Below, piece by piece: positions 1 to 9,105 of a DNA stretch of 64,000 bases (the first letter of the stretch is position 1; the number at the start of each line of letters is the position of its first letter). Below the pieces are notes generated by a model. That model saw only the letters and a program-made list of their open reading frames with translations, did no database searches and was not told the origin of the DNA. The position numbers and the translations under genes are program-made. Origin of the DNA: an uncultured Actinomycetes bacterium (lineage in GTDB: Bacteria; Actinomycetota; Thermoleophilia; UBA2241); assembly GCA_963709345.1 (NCBI GenBank), contig CAVPVX010000006.1:32001-96000 (forward strand). Reading direction: 5' to 3'.

Positions 1-150
1 CACGCCGAGCACGCTTTCCTGCTCTGCAACGGCCGCATCATCCGCAAGGGCGCGAGGAACGGTATCGACGACTTCTTCGCCGAGAAGTGCGTGTGCTGCG
101 ACCACACGAACGTGCCCACCGAAGAGGAGATCACGGCGGTGGCCGAGTGA
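1..150 (+). CDS. C-terminal end of SufC/SmsC-like ABC ATPase (partial, runs off window start)
   Basis: Frame 1 reads HAEHAFLLCNGRIIRKG...FFAEKCVCCDHTNVP...*. This is an ABC-ATPase tail with a Cys motif, and its TGA overlaps the GTG of the next SufB-like gene. Confidence 0.7.
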   Translation, partial: HAEHAFLLCNGRIIRKGARNGIDDFFAEKCVCCDHTNVPTEEEITAVAE

Positions 151-1097
151 GCGCTCCCACGCAGGCCCAGGTCGAGACCGCGCGCGAGTTGCTCGCCAGC
201 CTCGGCGACTTCGGCGGCCACATCAAGGGCGACGACATCGCTCACCTCGAGGTGCACGGCAACGAGGTCGTCGGCGCGCACCTGGTGCCCGGCCTCACAG
301 TCGACGTCGACGAACTCGACGACGGCATCGAGGCCTGGATCCACCTGGAGAAGGGTGCGCGTATCGCCAACCCGGTACACCTGTGCTTCGGCATGCTGCC
401 CACTGAGGGGATGCAGCGTATCCTGATGCACGTCGACGTGGAGGAAGACAGCTTCACCAGCGTGCAGGCGCACTGCACCTTCCCGAACGCCGTCGACATC
501 ACCCACAAGATGGACGCCGAGATCAAGATAGCGCCTGGCGCCACCTACGAGTACTTCGAGCGGCACCTGCACGGTGCCGAGGGCGGCGTGATCGTCGTGC
601 CCAAGACCAGGGTCCATGTCGGCGAAGGCGGCCGCTTCAAGACCGAGTTCGAGCTCATCAAGGGTATGGCCGGCGTCATCGACTTCGACTACGAGGTCGA
701 GTGTGACGCCTTCAGCACCCTCGACATGATCGCCCGGATCATCGGTCGCGGCAGGGACAAGATCCGCATCAACGAGGTCGGTCATCTGAACGGCGAGGGC
801 GCCAAGGCGGTTCTGCAGTCGCACCTCGCCCTCCGCGACGATGCGACCGCCGAGATCTACAGCACACTCACGGCGAGCGCGCCGCACGCCCGCGGGCACG
901 TCGACTGCAAGGAGATCGTGCAGGGCAACGCCGTCGCCAAGGCGGTGCCCGTCGTAGAGGTGAGCCATCCGCTGGCGCACGTGACGCACGAGGCCGCGAT
1001 CGGCAGCGTCGACAGCAAGCAGCTGCAGACGCTGATGAGCCGCGGCTTGGACGAAGAGGCGGCCACCGACCTCATCATCGAGGGTCTGCTGGGCTGA
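147..1097 (+). CDS. SufB/SufD-family (SmsB-like) Fe-S scaffold protein
   Basis: PVHLCFG, ARGHVDCKEIVQG and AHVTHEAAIGSVD..QLQTLMSRGLDEEAA motifs. GTG start overlaps the upstream stop (GTGA). Confidence 0.88.
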   Translation: MSAPTQAQVETARELLASLGDFGGHIKGDDIAHLEVHGNEVVGAHLVPGLTVDVDELDDGIEAWIHLEKGARIANPVHLCFGMLPTEGMQRILMHVDVEEDSFTSVQAHCTFPNAVDITHKMDAEIKIAPGATYEYFERHLHGAEGGVIVVPKTRVHVGEGGRFKTEFELIKGMAGVIDFDYEVECDAFSTLDMIARIIGRGRDKIRINEVGHLNGEGAKAVLQSHLALRDDATAEIYSTLTASAPHARGHVDCKEIVQGNAVAKAVPVVEVSHPLAHVTHEAAIGSVDSKQLQTLMSRGLDEEAATDLIIEGLLG

Positions 1098-1100
1098 GCT

Positions 1101-2345
1101 CTACCGCGTCTCGGCGGGGGTCAGAGGCTTGAGGCCCTCGGCGAACGAGATGAGCTCCTGCCGGGTGAGGGCGCCGGTGACGAAGACCGCCCGGCGCCTC
1201 GTGGTGACGAACAGCGACGGCCCGCTCTCCTGGTACCAGGTGGAGGCCGTCGCTCCCGCGAGCGCGCCGTACTGCAGCGTGACCTCTTGATAGGAGATCT
1301 TCTCGGCGCCGGCCCCGTCCTGCCAGTCCGGGACGGGGGCGAGCGCACGCAGGGTGGCCGGTCCGACCTGTTCAACCGTGAACTGCGAGAGGCCGCGGGT
1401 GTACAGCTGCAGGACGGCCGTTCCATCCGGCTTGGCCGGGAGCTTCCGCACGCCCTCGTCGATCCAGATCACGGGCCGGAGTCCGGCCGGGGCGATCGCG
1501 ACGGTTGCGAGCTCGTAGCCGTCCGGGGCCAGCTCCGAGACCAGCGGGTCGTGGCCGGCCGCGCGTCCGGCCGCCGCAGGTGACGCGTGGTAGGCCTGGC
1601 GTCTGTCTCTGGTCGTCCGGATCCTGGCCCCCGCCGGAGTCTCGACGCCGTAGGTGGCGCCGTCCGGCGGCGGCGAGTCCCAGTCCACCGTCGCCGTGAA
1701 CGTCGAGAGGCTGTCTCTGTACCAGGTCACGACGCCGCTCCGCTGGTCCACGACGAGGTCGACGGCGCCGTCGTCCAGTGTGATCGCGGCGCGCCAGACC
1801 GCACGGTCGCCGTCTCTGAGCGGCTTGATGCCGACTGCGTCGTCCCGCTCCTCGACGGCCGTGCGCACGACGGCCGCGAGACCCTGGTAGTCGAGGGGGC
1901 TGCGTGTCGCGACCCGCCAGACCGGAGGCCACGCCCCGACCCTCCGGGAGAAGGCGGCTGTGGGCCCGGCGCCGGTCGCCGTCGTCTCGGTGCGCCCGGG
2001 GGCGTCATAGCCCGAGCGCGACGGCCGGAGGCTCAGCGCTCCCGCCGCTTCGGGGAGATCGGCGCTGCCCCCGGCGTTCCCCCCGGCCACGGCGCTGAAC
2101 GTGCCGACTTCGTCTGAGAGCCCCGCTTCGGCGCCGGCGGCGGTGACCCGCAGCGTGTAGGCGCCCTGGATGCCCCGGGTCGCCGGCGCCGTCACGGATG
2201 AGCTCGAACGAAGGAAGAAGATCCAGGCGACGGTGAGCACGAGGACGAAGGCGATGACCGTCACGGCGAAGCGCGGCGGCCGACGGCTGATTCGCGCCGA
2301 CCGGATCGTCTGGCTCGCCCGCTCGCGCGGGGACAAGGCGCTCAC
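1101..2345 (-). CDS. Single-pass membrane protein with LolA/RseB-like extracytoplasmic domain; paralog of 12711..14180
   Basis: N-terminal TM (FAVTVIAFVLVLTVAWIFF), LVVDQRSG and C-terminal GALTRQELISFAEGL, matching GDLTRNELTRIADSL in the paralog. GTG overlaps the upstream stop. Confidence 0.6.
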   Translation of the reverse strand: MSALSPRERASQTIRSARISRRPPRFAVTVIAFVLVLTVAWIFFLRSSSSVTAPATRGIQGAYTLRVTAAGAEAGLSDEVGTFSAVAGGNAGGSADLPEAAGALSLRPSRSGYDAPGRTETTATGAGPTAAFSRRVGAWPPVWRVATRSPLDYQGLAAVVRTAVEERDDAVGIKPLRDGDRAVWRAAITLDDGAVDLVVDQRSGVVTWYRDSLSTFTATVDWDSPPPDGATYGVETPAGARIRTTRDRRQAYHASPAAAGRAAGHDPLVSELAPDGYELATVAIAPAGLRPVIWIDEGVRKLPAKPDGTAVLQLYTRGLSQFTVEQVGPATLRALAPVPDWQDGAGAEKISYQEVTLQYGALAGATASTWYQESGPSLFVTTRRRAVFVTGALTRQELISFAEGLKPLTPAETR

Positions 2346-3211
2346 GACTCGATGACGACGCCCCCGCCCATGGGCACGATCGCCTCGGGGAGCGCGCGAC
2401 CCAGGGCGGCGGCGGCCTTGCGGCCGGTGCAGTGACACGGGGCGAGGGTGCGTGGCGCGCGTCGCGCCAGCTCGCCGGCGACGAGCGCGACGCGCGCCGA
2501 GTCCGCGTCCATCAGGTGGGTCCCCCCGATGAGCTTGACCAACGGGCGCCCGCCGGTGAGCAGGTCGATGTGCTCGAGCGTGGCGAGGACGCCGGCGTGG
2601 GCGCAGCCGAGGATCACCCAAAGGCCCTCCGGCGTGTCGACCCAGAAGGACTGGTCGTCCGGGACCGGGTCGGGCATGGTGCAGGCCGCGTCGAAGAAGA
2701 AGTCCGGGTCGCCGGGTTCGCGGGAGTCGTCTCGGGGCACGATGCCGGTGCACCAGACGCCCGGCACGACCTCGGTGGGCTCGTCCGTCCAGACGATGCG
2801 GTCCGCTGCGGCGAGCGCCGCCTCGCGGGACGCGACCGGCATGCCGATGGGCTCGGGTCGGCTGTGCCGCCGCCGTGAGACGCGCGGCTGAAGCGCGGCG
2901 GGATGCAGGTACAACCGCGCACGCGGCGCTGCCGCGAGCGCGACCGGCAGCCCGCCGGTGTGGTCGTAGTGCCCGTGGCTGAGAGCGATCGCGTCTGCGG
3001 TCCCGAGATCGACTCCGAGCCGTGCCGCGTTGTCGGCAATGGCGCGAGTCTCGCCGGTGTCCACGAGGAGGCGCCGCCCGGCGACCTCGATCCAGAGCGA
3101 GAGGCCGTGCTCCTTGCTCAAACCCGGAACGGCGCTCTCGTTGTCCATGAGGACGGTGATTCGCGGCAGTGCGACCGTCGGCGGTCTCTCGGGAGCGCCT
3201 GCGCCGCTCAC
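2342..3211 (-). CDS. MBL-fold metallo-hydrolase
   Basis: EHGLSLWIE, LLVDTG, SHGHYDHTGG, GCAHAG, GGTHL and PCHCTG motifs. Confidence 0.88.
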   Translation of the reverse strand: MSGAGAPERPPTVALPRITVLMDNESAVPGLSKEHGLSLWIEVAGRRLLVDTGETRAIADNAARLGVDLGTADAIALSHGHYDHTGGLPVALAAAPRARLYLHPAALQPRVSRRRHSRPEPIGMPVASREAALAAADRIVWTDEPTEVVPGVWCTGIVPRDDSREPGDPDFFFDAACTMPDPVPDDQSFWVDTPEGLWVILGCAHAGVLATLEHIDLLTGGRPLVKLIGGTHLMDADSARVALVAGELARRAPRTLAPCHCTGRKAAAALGRALPEAIVPMGGGVVIES

Positions 3212-3540
3212 AGGTGCGTCCTCGCGGCAGGCGGGTGCACCCGGTCCCCGCGCAGCAGCCGGCTCACCGCGTCGGTGACTTGCGGCACCACGCGCGGGAC
3301 CCAGACCAGCAGCCAAATGAGCAGGAGGGCAAGGATGACGGTCAGCGATCCGACGACGGCAAGGATGTTTCGCACCCAGAGCGTGTAGCAGATGAGGGCC
3401 GAGACGCCGAGGACCGTGACGAGCTGGCTCGAGACGGGAAGGCGTTCGTAGGCCACCCAGATCAGCCACACCCCGAGCACGATGAGCGCGCCGGTCACGG
3501 CGTAGGCGAGCAGCCACGTGGCGACGACGGGGAGCATCAT
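3208..3540 (-). CDS. Small multi-pass membrane protein, probably leaderless
   Basis: Three hydrophobic segments. TACAAT lies 6 nt upstream of the ATG. Confidence 0.6.
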   Translation of the reverse strand: MMLPVVATWLLAYAVTGALIVLGVWLIWVAYERLPVSSQLVTVLGVSALICYTLWVRNILAVVGSLTVILALLLIWLLVWVPRVVPQVTDAVSRLLRGDRVHPPAARTHL

Positions 3541-3666
3541 GGGCCGATTGTACCGCTCCCCGGCGGCGCGAGTGCTCAACTACCCCGTCTGAGCGGCTGG
3601 CGCGAACCCGTGACCGTGTGATTACGTAGCGCTGCCCGTTCCATGAGCGGACCGAGGAGGCAGGGC

Positions 3667-5136
3667 GTGAAGCGTAATCTGTTCGCCGGCCGCCGCCGCA
3701 GCGGCGGCCTCAAACTCGACGTCTTCACGGACGACGAGGTCCAGGATATCCACCTCGCGACCCTTGAGGTCCTGGAGCGCACCGGCGTGTGGGTCGAGAT
3801 CGACGAAGCGCTGGACATCTTCGCCGACGGCGGCTGTGTCGTCGAACGCGAGAGCCGTATCGTGCGCATCCCGCCACATCTGGTCGAGGACGCGATCCGC
3901 AGCGCGCCTGCCAGCATCACCCTCTGCGGCCGCGACCCGAAGAACGACATCGTGATCGAGGCTGGTCGCGTCGGCTTCAGCAACTTCGGCGAAGGTGTGC
4001 TCGTGATCGACCCTGACGACGGCGAGCTGCGCGCCTCCACGAAGCAGGACCTCGCCGACATCGCCCGGCTCTGCGACGCGCTTCCGTCGGTCGATGTGTT
4101 TGAGATCGCCGTCGGCGCCGGCGACATGCCCCCGCAGACGGCGTCGCTGCACAATCACGAGGCCGCGATCGTCAATCAGACGAAGCCGATCTCCGGAGGG
4201 CCGCTCGACGGTCGTGCCGTCAAGGCCAGCCTGCGGATGCTCGAGGCCGTGCAGGGCAGCCCGGAGGCCGTGCGCGAGCGGCCGATGATGATCATGGGCA
4301 CTTGCCCCGTCAGCCCGCTCAAGCTGGTCAAGGACTGCTGCGAGATCATCATCGAGGCGGCGCGCGCCGGTGTGCCCAGCTGCGTACTCAGCATGGCGAT
4401 GGCCGGCGGGTCCAGCCCGGTGACACTCGCGGGAACGCTGGTCACGCACAACGCCGAGGTGCTCGCCGGCGTCGTCCTCTCACAGCTCACCGAGCGCGGC
4501 GCCAAGGTGCTGTACGGTAGCTCGACGACCGCCATGGACCTGCGGCTCGCGGCCGCGTCGGTCGGCTCGCCGGAGCTCGCCCTGATCAGCGCCGGCGCGG
4601 CCCAGATCGCCAGGCAGTACCGCCTGCCGAGCTATATCGCCGGTGCGTAGGGCGACAGCAAGCTCGGTGACGCCCAGTCCGGTCACGAGAAGACCCTCAC
4701 GGCCTTGATGGCAGCGTTGGCAGGGACCAACCTGATCTACGGCCTGGGAATGATCGAGTCGGGCGTCACCTTCGACTACGCGCAGCTCGTCATGGACGAC
4801 GAGATCGCGCGCATGGTCAAGCACGTGGTCGGCGGTATCCGCGTCGACGACGAGGCGCTGGCCGTCGACGACATCCACGCTGTGGGAGCCTTCGGTGACT
4901 TCCTCAGCCTCGACGCGACGATGCGGCACATGCGCGAGGCGTCGCAACCGGAGCTGATCGATCGCCGCGTGCGCGAGGACTGGGAGGCGCGCGGCAGCAG
5001 CGACCTCTACCAGCGGTCGCTGCTCAAGGCGCGCCACATCCTCGAGACGCACCATCCGGAGCCGCTGCCCGACGACGTGCGGCGGCGCATACGTCAGATC
5101 GTGGACGACGCCGACGGGGATCTCGCCGGGGCGTGA
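3667..5136 (+). CDS. mttB: Trimethylamine:corrinoid methyltransferase, pyrrolysine-containing (in-frame TAG at 4648-4650)
   Basis: MttB motifs (IHLATLEVLERTG, SPVTLAGTLVTHNAEVLAG, GSPELAL), then YIAGA-TAG-GDSKLGDAQSGHEKT continuing in frame to TGA 5136. GAGGAGG RBS precedes GTG 3667. Confidence 0.92.
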
Positions 5137-5206
5137 CCGCGCCGGCGAGTCCGGGTGCCCGAGCCGGCCGGCGCGCGGATGTGGGACAACGCGCCGGCCC
5201 TCGGGG

Positions 5207-5893
5207 TCAGCGCGACGCGGCCAGGATGCGGGCGACGCCGCTTGGGCCCAAGGGCGGGTCGCTCCATCCGGTCGTCAGCTTGACCTTGAGCGTGTAGCTG
5301 CCGTCGCTCGGAGTGTACGAGAAGTCGCCCAGCCCGGTACCGGCGACCATCGGGGAGCCGGTCCACGGGTTCTTGGGCCACGCGTAGCCGGCGCCGAAGG
5401 CCTCCGGCGTCATGTCGGCGGCGGGGTAGCCGCCCGCGTGCGCCGCCGCGTACGCTTCCACGTAGCGCTGCAGCAGGAGCAGGTTCTGCTTCGCCGCCGT
5501 GTCACGCTCGCTCTTGAACCAGCGCGGCATGCCCCCGGTGAGCTTGTAGCTGCCCTTGGACAGGTGCATGACGAGCTTGTAGCTGGTGCCGCCGGCCCCG
5601 AGAGTGTACGTGAACGTTCCTCTCGACTTCCCCGCCGCCATGACTTTGCCCGTCCAGGGGTTGGCGGGCCAGATCGGCGTGGTGAGCCCGCCGCCCTTCT
5701 TGACCATCTTCGCCGGGGGGTACTTGAAGTGCCGCGCCTGGCCGTACTGGTTGATGTAGTTCTGCAGGAGGAGCCCGCTGGCCTGGACCTGTCGGTCGAC
5801 GAAGCCCAGGGCAGCGGCCCGGCCCGGCATCAGGGCGCCGGCGAGCAGCAGCACGGCGAGCGAGAGTAAGAGGATGGTGATACGTCTTGGCAC
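5207..5893 (-). CDS. Secreted protein with two WPxNPWTG pilin-head-like domains
   Basis: AGGAGG RBS, GTG start, Sec signal ending AAA, and repeats WPANPWTG and WPKNPWTG. Confidence 0.75.
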   Translation of the reverse strand: MPRRITILLLSLAVLLLAGALMPGRAAALGFVDRQVQASGLLLQNYINQYGQARHFKYPPAKMVKKGGGLTTPIWPANPWTGKVMAAGKSRGTFTYTLGAGGTSYKLVMHLSKGSYKLTGGMPRWFKSERDTAAKQNLLLLQRYVEAYAAAHAGGYPAADMTPEAFGAGYAWPKNPWTGSPMVAGTGLGDFSYTPSDGSYTLKVKLTTGWSDPPLGPSGVARILAASR

Positions 5894-5913
5894 GAGATAG
5901 CCTCCTGTGACGG

Positions 5914-6933
5914 TCACGGCTCCGAGGGGCTCGACTCGGCAGCCGGGGCCGGCGCGGTGCCGCCGGCCTCGAAGTCCCCCGAGTGCAGGTGGACGGTGAG
6001 CGTGAAGGCGCCGGCGGCGCCGGGAGCGTAGGTGTAGGCCCCCGGCGCTGTGCCCTGCCCAATCGCGCTGCCGGTGAGTGGATCCTGCGGCCAGTCGGGG
6101 TGCGCGGCGCCGACTGCGCCTCCGGCGGCGAGGTCGGCCACCTGCGGCAGCTCGCCGCCGTGCTGCAGGGACCACTGGCCGACGTAGCCGGAGAGGATGC
6201 GTGCGCTGCGCCGGAGGATCTCGTCCTCCAGGCTGGCGAGGAGGCGCAGCCACGGGTTCGTGGCGGCGGCGCCTCTCTGCACGTAGTCGCTCTTGAGGGC
6301 GCGGTGGAGGCGCAGGGTGTAGGCCGAACGGTCGGCGGTCACGCCGTACGAGAACGAACCGTGGTCTGAGCGCTGCTGCATGTCGGCGTGGTCCCACGGG
6401 TTGCTCGGCCAGTAGCCGCAGCCCGGCTGCTTGCCTACGGCGCCGTCGCCGGCCACGTCAGCGCTCGCCGGATAGCGCCCGCCGTGGGCGCGGGCGTACT
6501 GCTCGATGTAGTGGCGAATGAGGTTGAGGCCCTCCTCGCCGCGGTGGTCGTAGGCGAGCTTCATGGAGTGTGGCATGCCCCCGCGAACGGTGACGACCCC
6601 GCCATCCAGATACCCTGTCAGTCGGTATCGCCGTCTATTGGTCGTGACCGTGTACGTGTAGTGACCGCGGCCGCTCCCCGGTGTGAGTCGAGCTCCCGTC
6701 CACGGATCGCGTGGCCACCACGTCGAGTCGAGGCCTCCCGGCCGGACCATGGCGCGCGAGGGAAACTGGAAGTACTTGGCCGCTCCGGCGCGGTCGATGA
6801 GACCTCGCAGGGCCATGATGCTCTCGCGCATCTCCGTGTTCGACGACGCGGCCTGCACCGGCGCTGCGCCGGCGGTGAGCAGGCACGCGGCGACCGCGGC
6901 GATGGCAGCGATGGCGCAGGCGTGTCGAACCAT
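5914..6933 (-). CDS. Secreted protein with three WPx(N/D)P pilin-head-like domains
   Basis: Signal peptide ending VQA; repeats WPRDPWTG, WPSNPWDH and WPQDPLTG. Confidence 0.75.
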   Translation of the reverse strand: MVRHACAIAAIAAVAACLLTAGAAPVQAASSNTEMRESIMALRGLIDRAGAAKYFQFPSRAMVRPGGLDSTWWPRDPWTGARLTPGSGRGHYTYTVTTNRRRYRLTGYLDGGVVTVRGGMPHSMKLAYDHRGEEGLNLIRHYIEQYARAHGGRYPASADVAGDGAVGKQPGCGYWPSNPWDHADMQQRSDHGSFSYGVTADRSAYTLRLHRALKSDYVQRGAAATNPWLRLLASLEDEILRRSARILSGYVGQWSLQHGGELPQVADLAAGGAVGAAHPDWPQDPLTGSAIGQGTAPGAYTYAPGAAGAFTLTVHLHSGDFEAGGTAPAPAAESSPSEP

Positions 6934-7079
6934 GGTGGGTCGTCTCCCTTCGCGCTAAGTGTGGCCACCGGGCGGGGGCCGGTCAAGCCGCGAGCCGTCG
7001 GGCGCGCTGCTCACCCGCCTGATACGATTCGGCACGAGCGCCGCGGGGCCTGCGGCCGGCGCGCGATCTCGATTCGGAG

Positions 7080-8483
7080 GTGATGCCGGTGGATGCAGGG
7101 AACGCGAAGATCCCGACGCGCATGGGCGACGGCTTCATGGTCGAGATGACCTGCGCCGAGCTGCGCGCCGACCTCGAGGAGGCAACGCAGGAGGCGGCGC
7201 GCAAGGCCAAGGCGCCGCCGCTCTCCCAGGACGAACTCGACCATCTCCTCGACATCTATGCCTCGCGGGCGGCGTTCACCGCCGTCGACATCGGCGACCA
7301 GGTGGTCCTCAGCTGCGACGGCGGCGGTAGCAAGCTGACCGGCACCGACCTGCTCGACCTGCTCGAGAGCGAGCAGCGCCTCGGCCAGGACATCCTTGAG
7401 CTCTGGCACATCGAGTACAGCTACAAGGCGATCAAGACCATCCTGCCGTTCCAGCAGCAGGTGATGCAGAACGTCCAGCTCATGTGCACGGCCCCGGTGC
7501 AGTACGGGGCGCAGCCGAACCTCGCCTTCTACAGCAAGCCCGACGGTCCGGCCGGCAACTTCTTCGAGATGTTGCCGCGCGGGGACATCGCCGGGGCGCG
7601 CGCCGCTATGGAAGAGGCCATGGAGCACGCCACCAAGGACTTCATCTATGTGGGCGAGGGCATGCTCGACGCCGGCGCTGACGGCATGGACTTCGACACC
7701 ACCGGCGGCGCCGGCGACGCCGACTTCTTCAGCACGCTGCGCGCCGTGAAGCACCTGCGCGAGAGGTACCCCGACGCCGGTATCGAGGTCGGCATGGCCG
7801 GCGAGTTCGTGATCGGCGTGCACGGCGAGCTCGAGTGGGATGGCAGGCGACTCGCCGGCCTCTGGCCGAGGGAGCAGCTCGAGCTTTGCCAGGACGCCGG
7901 CGTCACCATCTTCGGGCCGGCGGTCAACATCCGCACGGGCAGGAGCTGCGCCTGGAACGCCGCGTACTCGATCACCGCGATGAAGCCCTGCATGGATGTC
8001 GCGCGTATCCCGGTCCACCCGAACGTGGGGCAGGGGGTCTGCGGTGTGCCCGTCAACGGCTACCCGGGCGAGGACGCCTCGTCGCGGGCGGCCAAGGCAC
8101 ACGTCGATCTGCTGCGCTGCGACGGGTTGTAGGTGGGCTCGGGTGACTCCAGAGGCATGGACGTCACCCACGCGCTCGCCGCGGGCATGGGCGGGATGCG
8201 CACGGCCGGAGACCTGGTCGCGCGCATGCAGATGGCCCGCGGGATGCGCCTCGAGCCGGCGAAGCGGTACGTCGCCGGCAAGCTGGGCTGCACGGTCCGC
8301 GACCTCAGCGACAGCTGCGCGATGGAGCAGATCCGCGGCGAGAGGGGTCTGGGGAGGATCCTCGACCACTCGAACCTGCACCCCGGCGAGCCCAACGCGA
8401 TGATGGCCAAGTTCCGGATCGCCGAGCTGCTGGGTGTGCCGATCAGCTCGGTGGAGCGGTTCCGGGAGCTGGCAGGGATCTGA
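7080..8483 (+). CDS. mtbB: Dimethylamine:corrinoid methyltransferase, pyrrolysine-containing (in-frame TAG at 8130-8132)
   Basis: MtbB motifs (TRMGDG, YSYKAIK, FDTTGGAGDADF, GMAGEFVIGVHG, IPVHPNVGQGVCGVP), then CDGL-TAG-VGSGDSRGMDVTHALAAGMGGMRTAGDLVARMQ in frame to TGA 8483. The start may be GTG 7089. Confidence 0.92.
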
Positions 8484-8602
8484 CGGCGTCTTGAGGAGCG
8501 CTGCAGTCTTCGCCGGATGCTGCCGATGGAGATGGCAGGCAGCGCTCGCGTGGTCGCAAGGGCTGCGGATCGCTGCCGGGTCCATGGACGGGAGGCAAGA
8601 AG

Positions 8603-8986
8603 ATGAAGCGTTGTACGAGCATCGCCCTCGTCGCCGTCCTGATGCTCCTCGCCGCCGGGGTCTTCGCCGGCTGCGGGTGTCAGGAAGCGGTTGAGGACGA
8701 GACCACCGGCCAGATCGACCAGGCCAAGGACGCCGCCGCCAAGGTCCAGCTGATGATGATCAAGACGGGGATCCAGGCCTTCATCGCCTCGAGCGGTCAG
8801 GCGCCGGCCGACGCCTCGGAGGCCACGCTCGGCGGCTTCGTCAGCCCGTGGCCCGTCAATCCCTGGACGCAGGCGCCGATGAAGGCCGGTGACGGCGTGG
8901 GCGACTACGTCTACACGCCGGGCGCCGGCGCGGAGTTCACGCTCGCCGTGCACCTTTCGGACGGCTCGACTGCTACGGCGCCGTGA
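8603..8986 (+). CDS. Lipoprotein with one WPVNPWT pilin-head-like domain
   Basis: Lipobox FAG-C; WPVNPWTQAPMKAGDGVGDYVYTPG...FTLAVHLSDG. Confidence 0.78.
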   Translation: MKRCTSIALVAVLMLLAAGVFAGCGCQEAVEDETTGQIDQAKDAAAKVQLMMIKTGIQAFIASSGQAPADASEATLGGFVSPWPVNPWTQAPMKAGDGVGDYVYTPGAGAEFTLAVHLSDGSTATAP

Positions 8987-9011
8987 CGTCGGGACCGGGT
9001 GCCGGGCGTGT

Positions 9012-9039
9012 GCCGGCCGGCGCGACGGCGCCGGCCGGC
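9012..9039 (+). terminator. GC-rich hairpin, probable terminator
   Basis: GCCGGCCGGCGC-GACG-GCGCCGGCCGGC forms a perfect 12-bp stem just after the lipoprotein stop. No U-tract. Confidence 0.45.
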
Positions 9040-9105
9040 CCGTGGCCCCGTGCTTGAGGGCGGCAGAGGCGCTTGATACCCTAGGTCTCGGTGGGGGGAG
9101 ACGCG

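Noticed and set aside
4651-4720. Possible PYLIS hairpin after the mttB amber (GGGCG...CGCCC)
   Set aside because: Short GC stem expected by chance at this GC content, with no matching structure after the mtbB amber.
4705-5136. Separate small genes 4705..5136 and 8133..8483
   Set aside because: They are the C-terminal parts of MttB and MtbB downstream of the amber codons.
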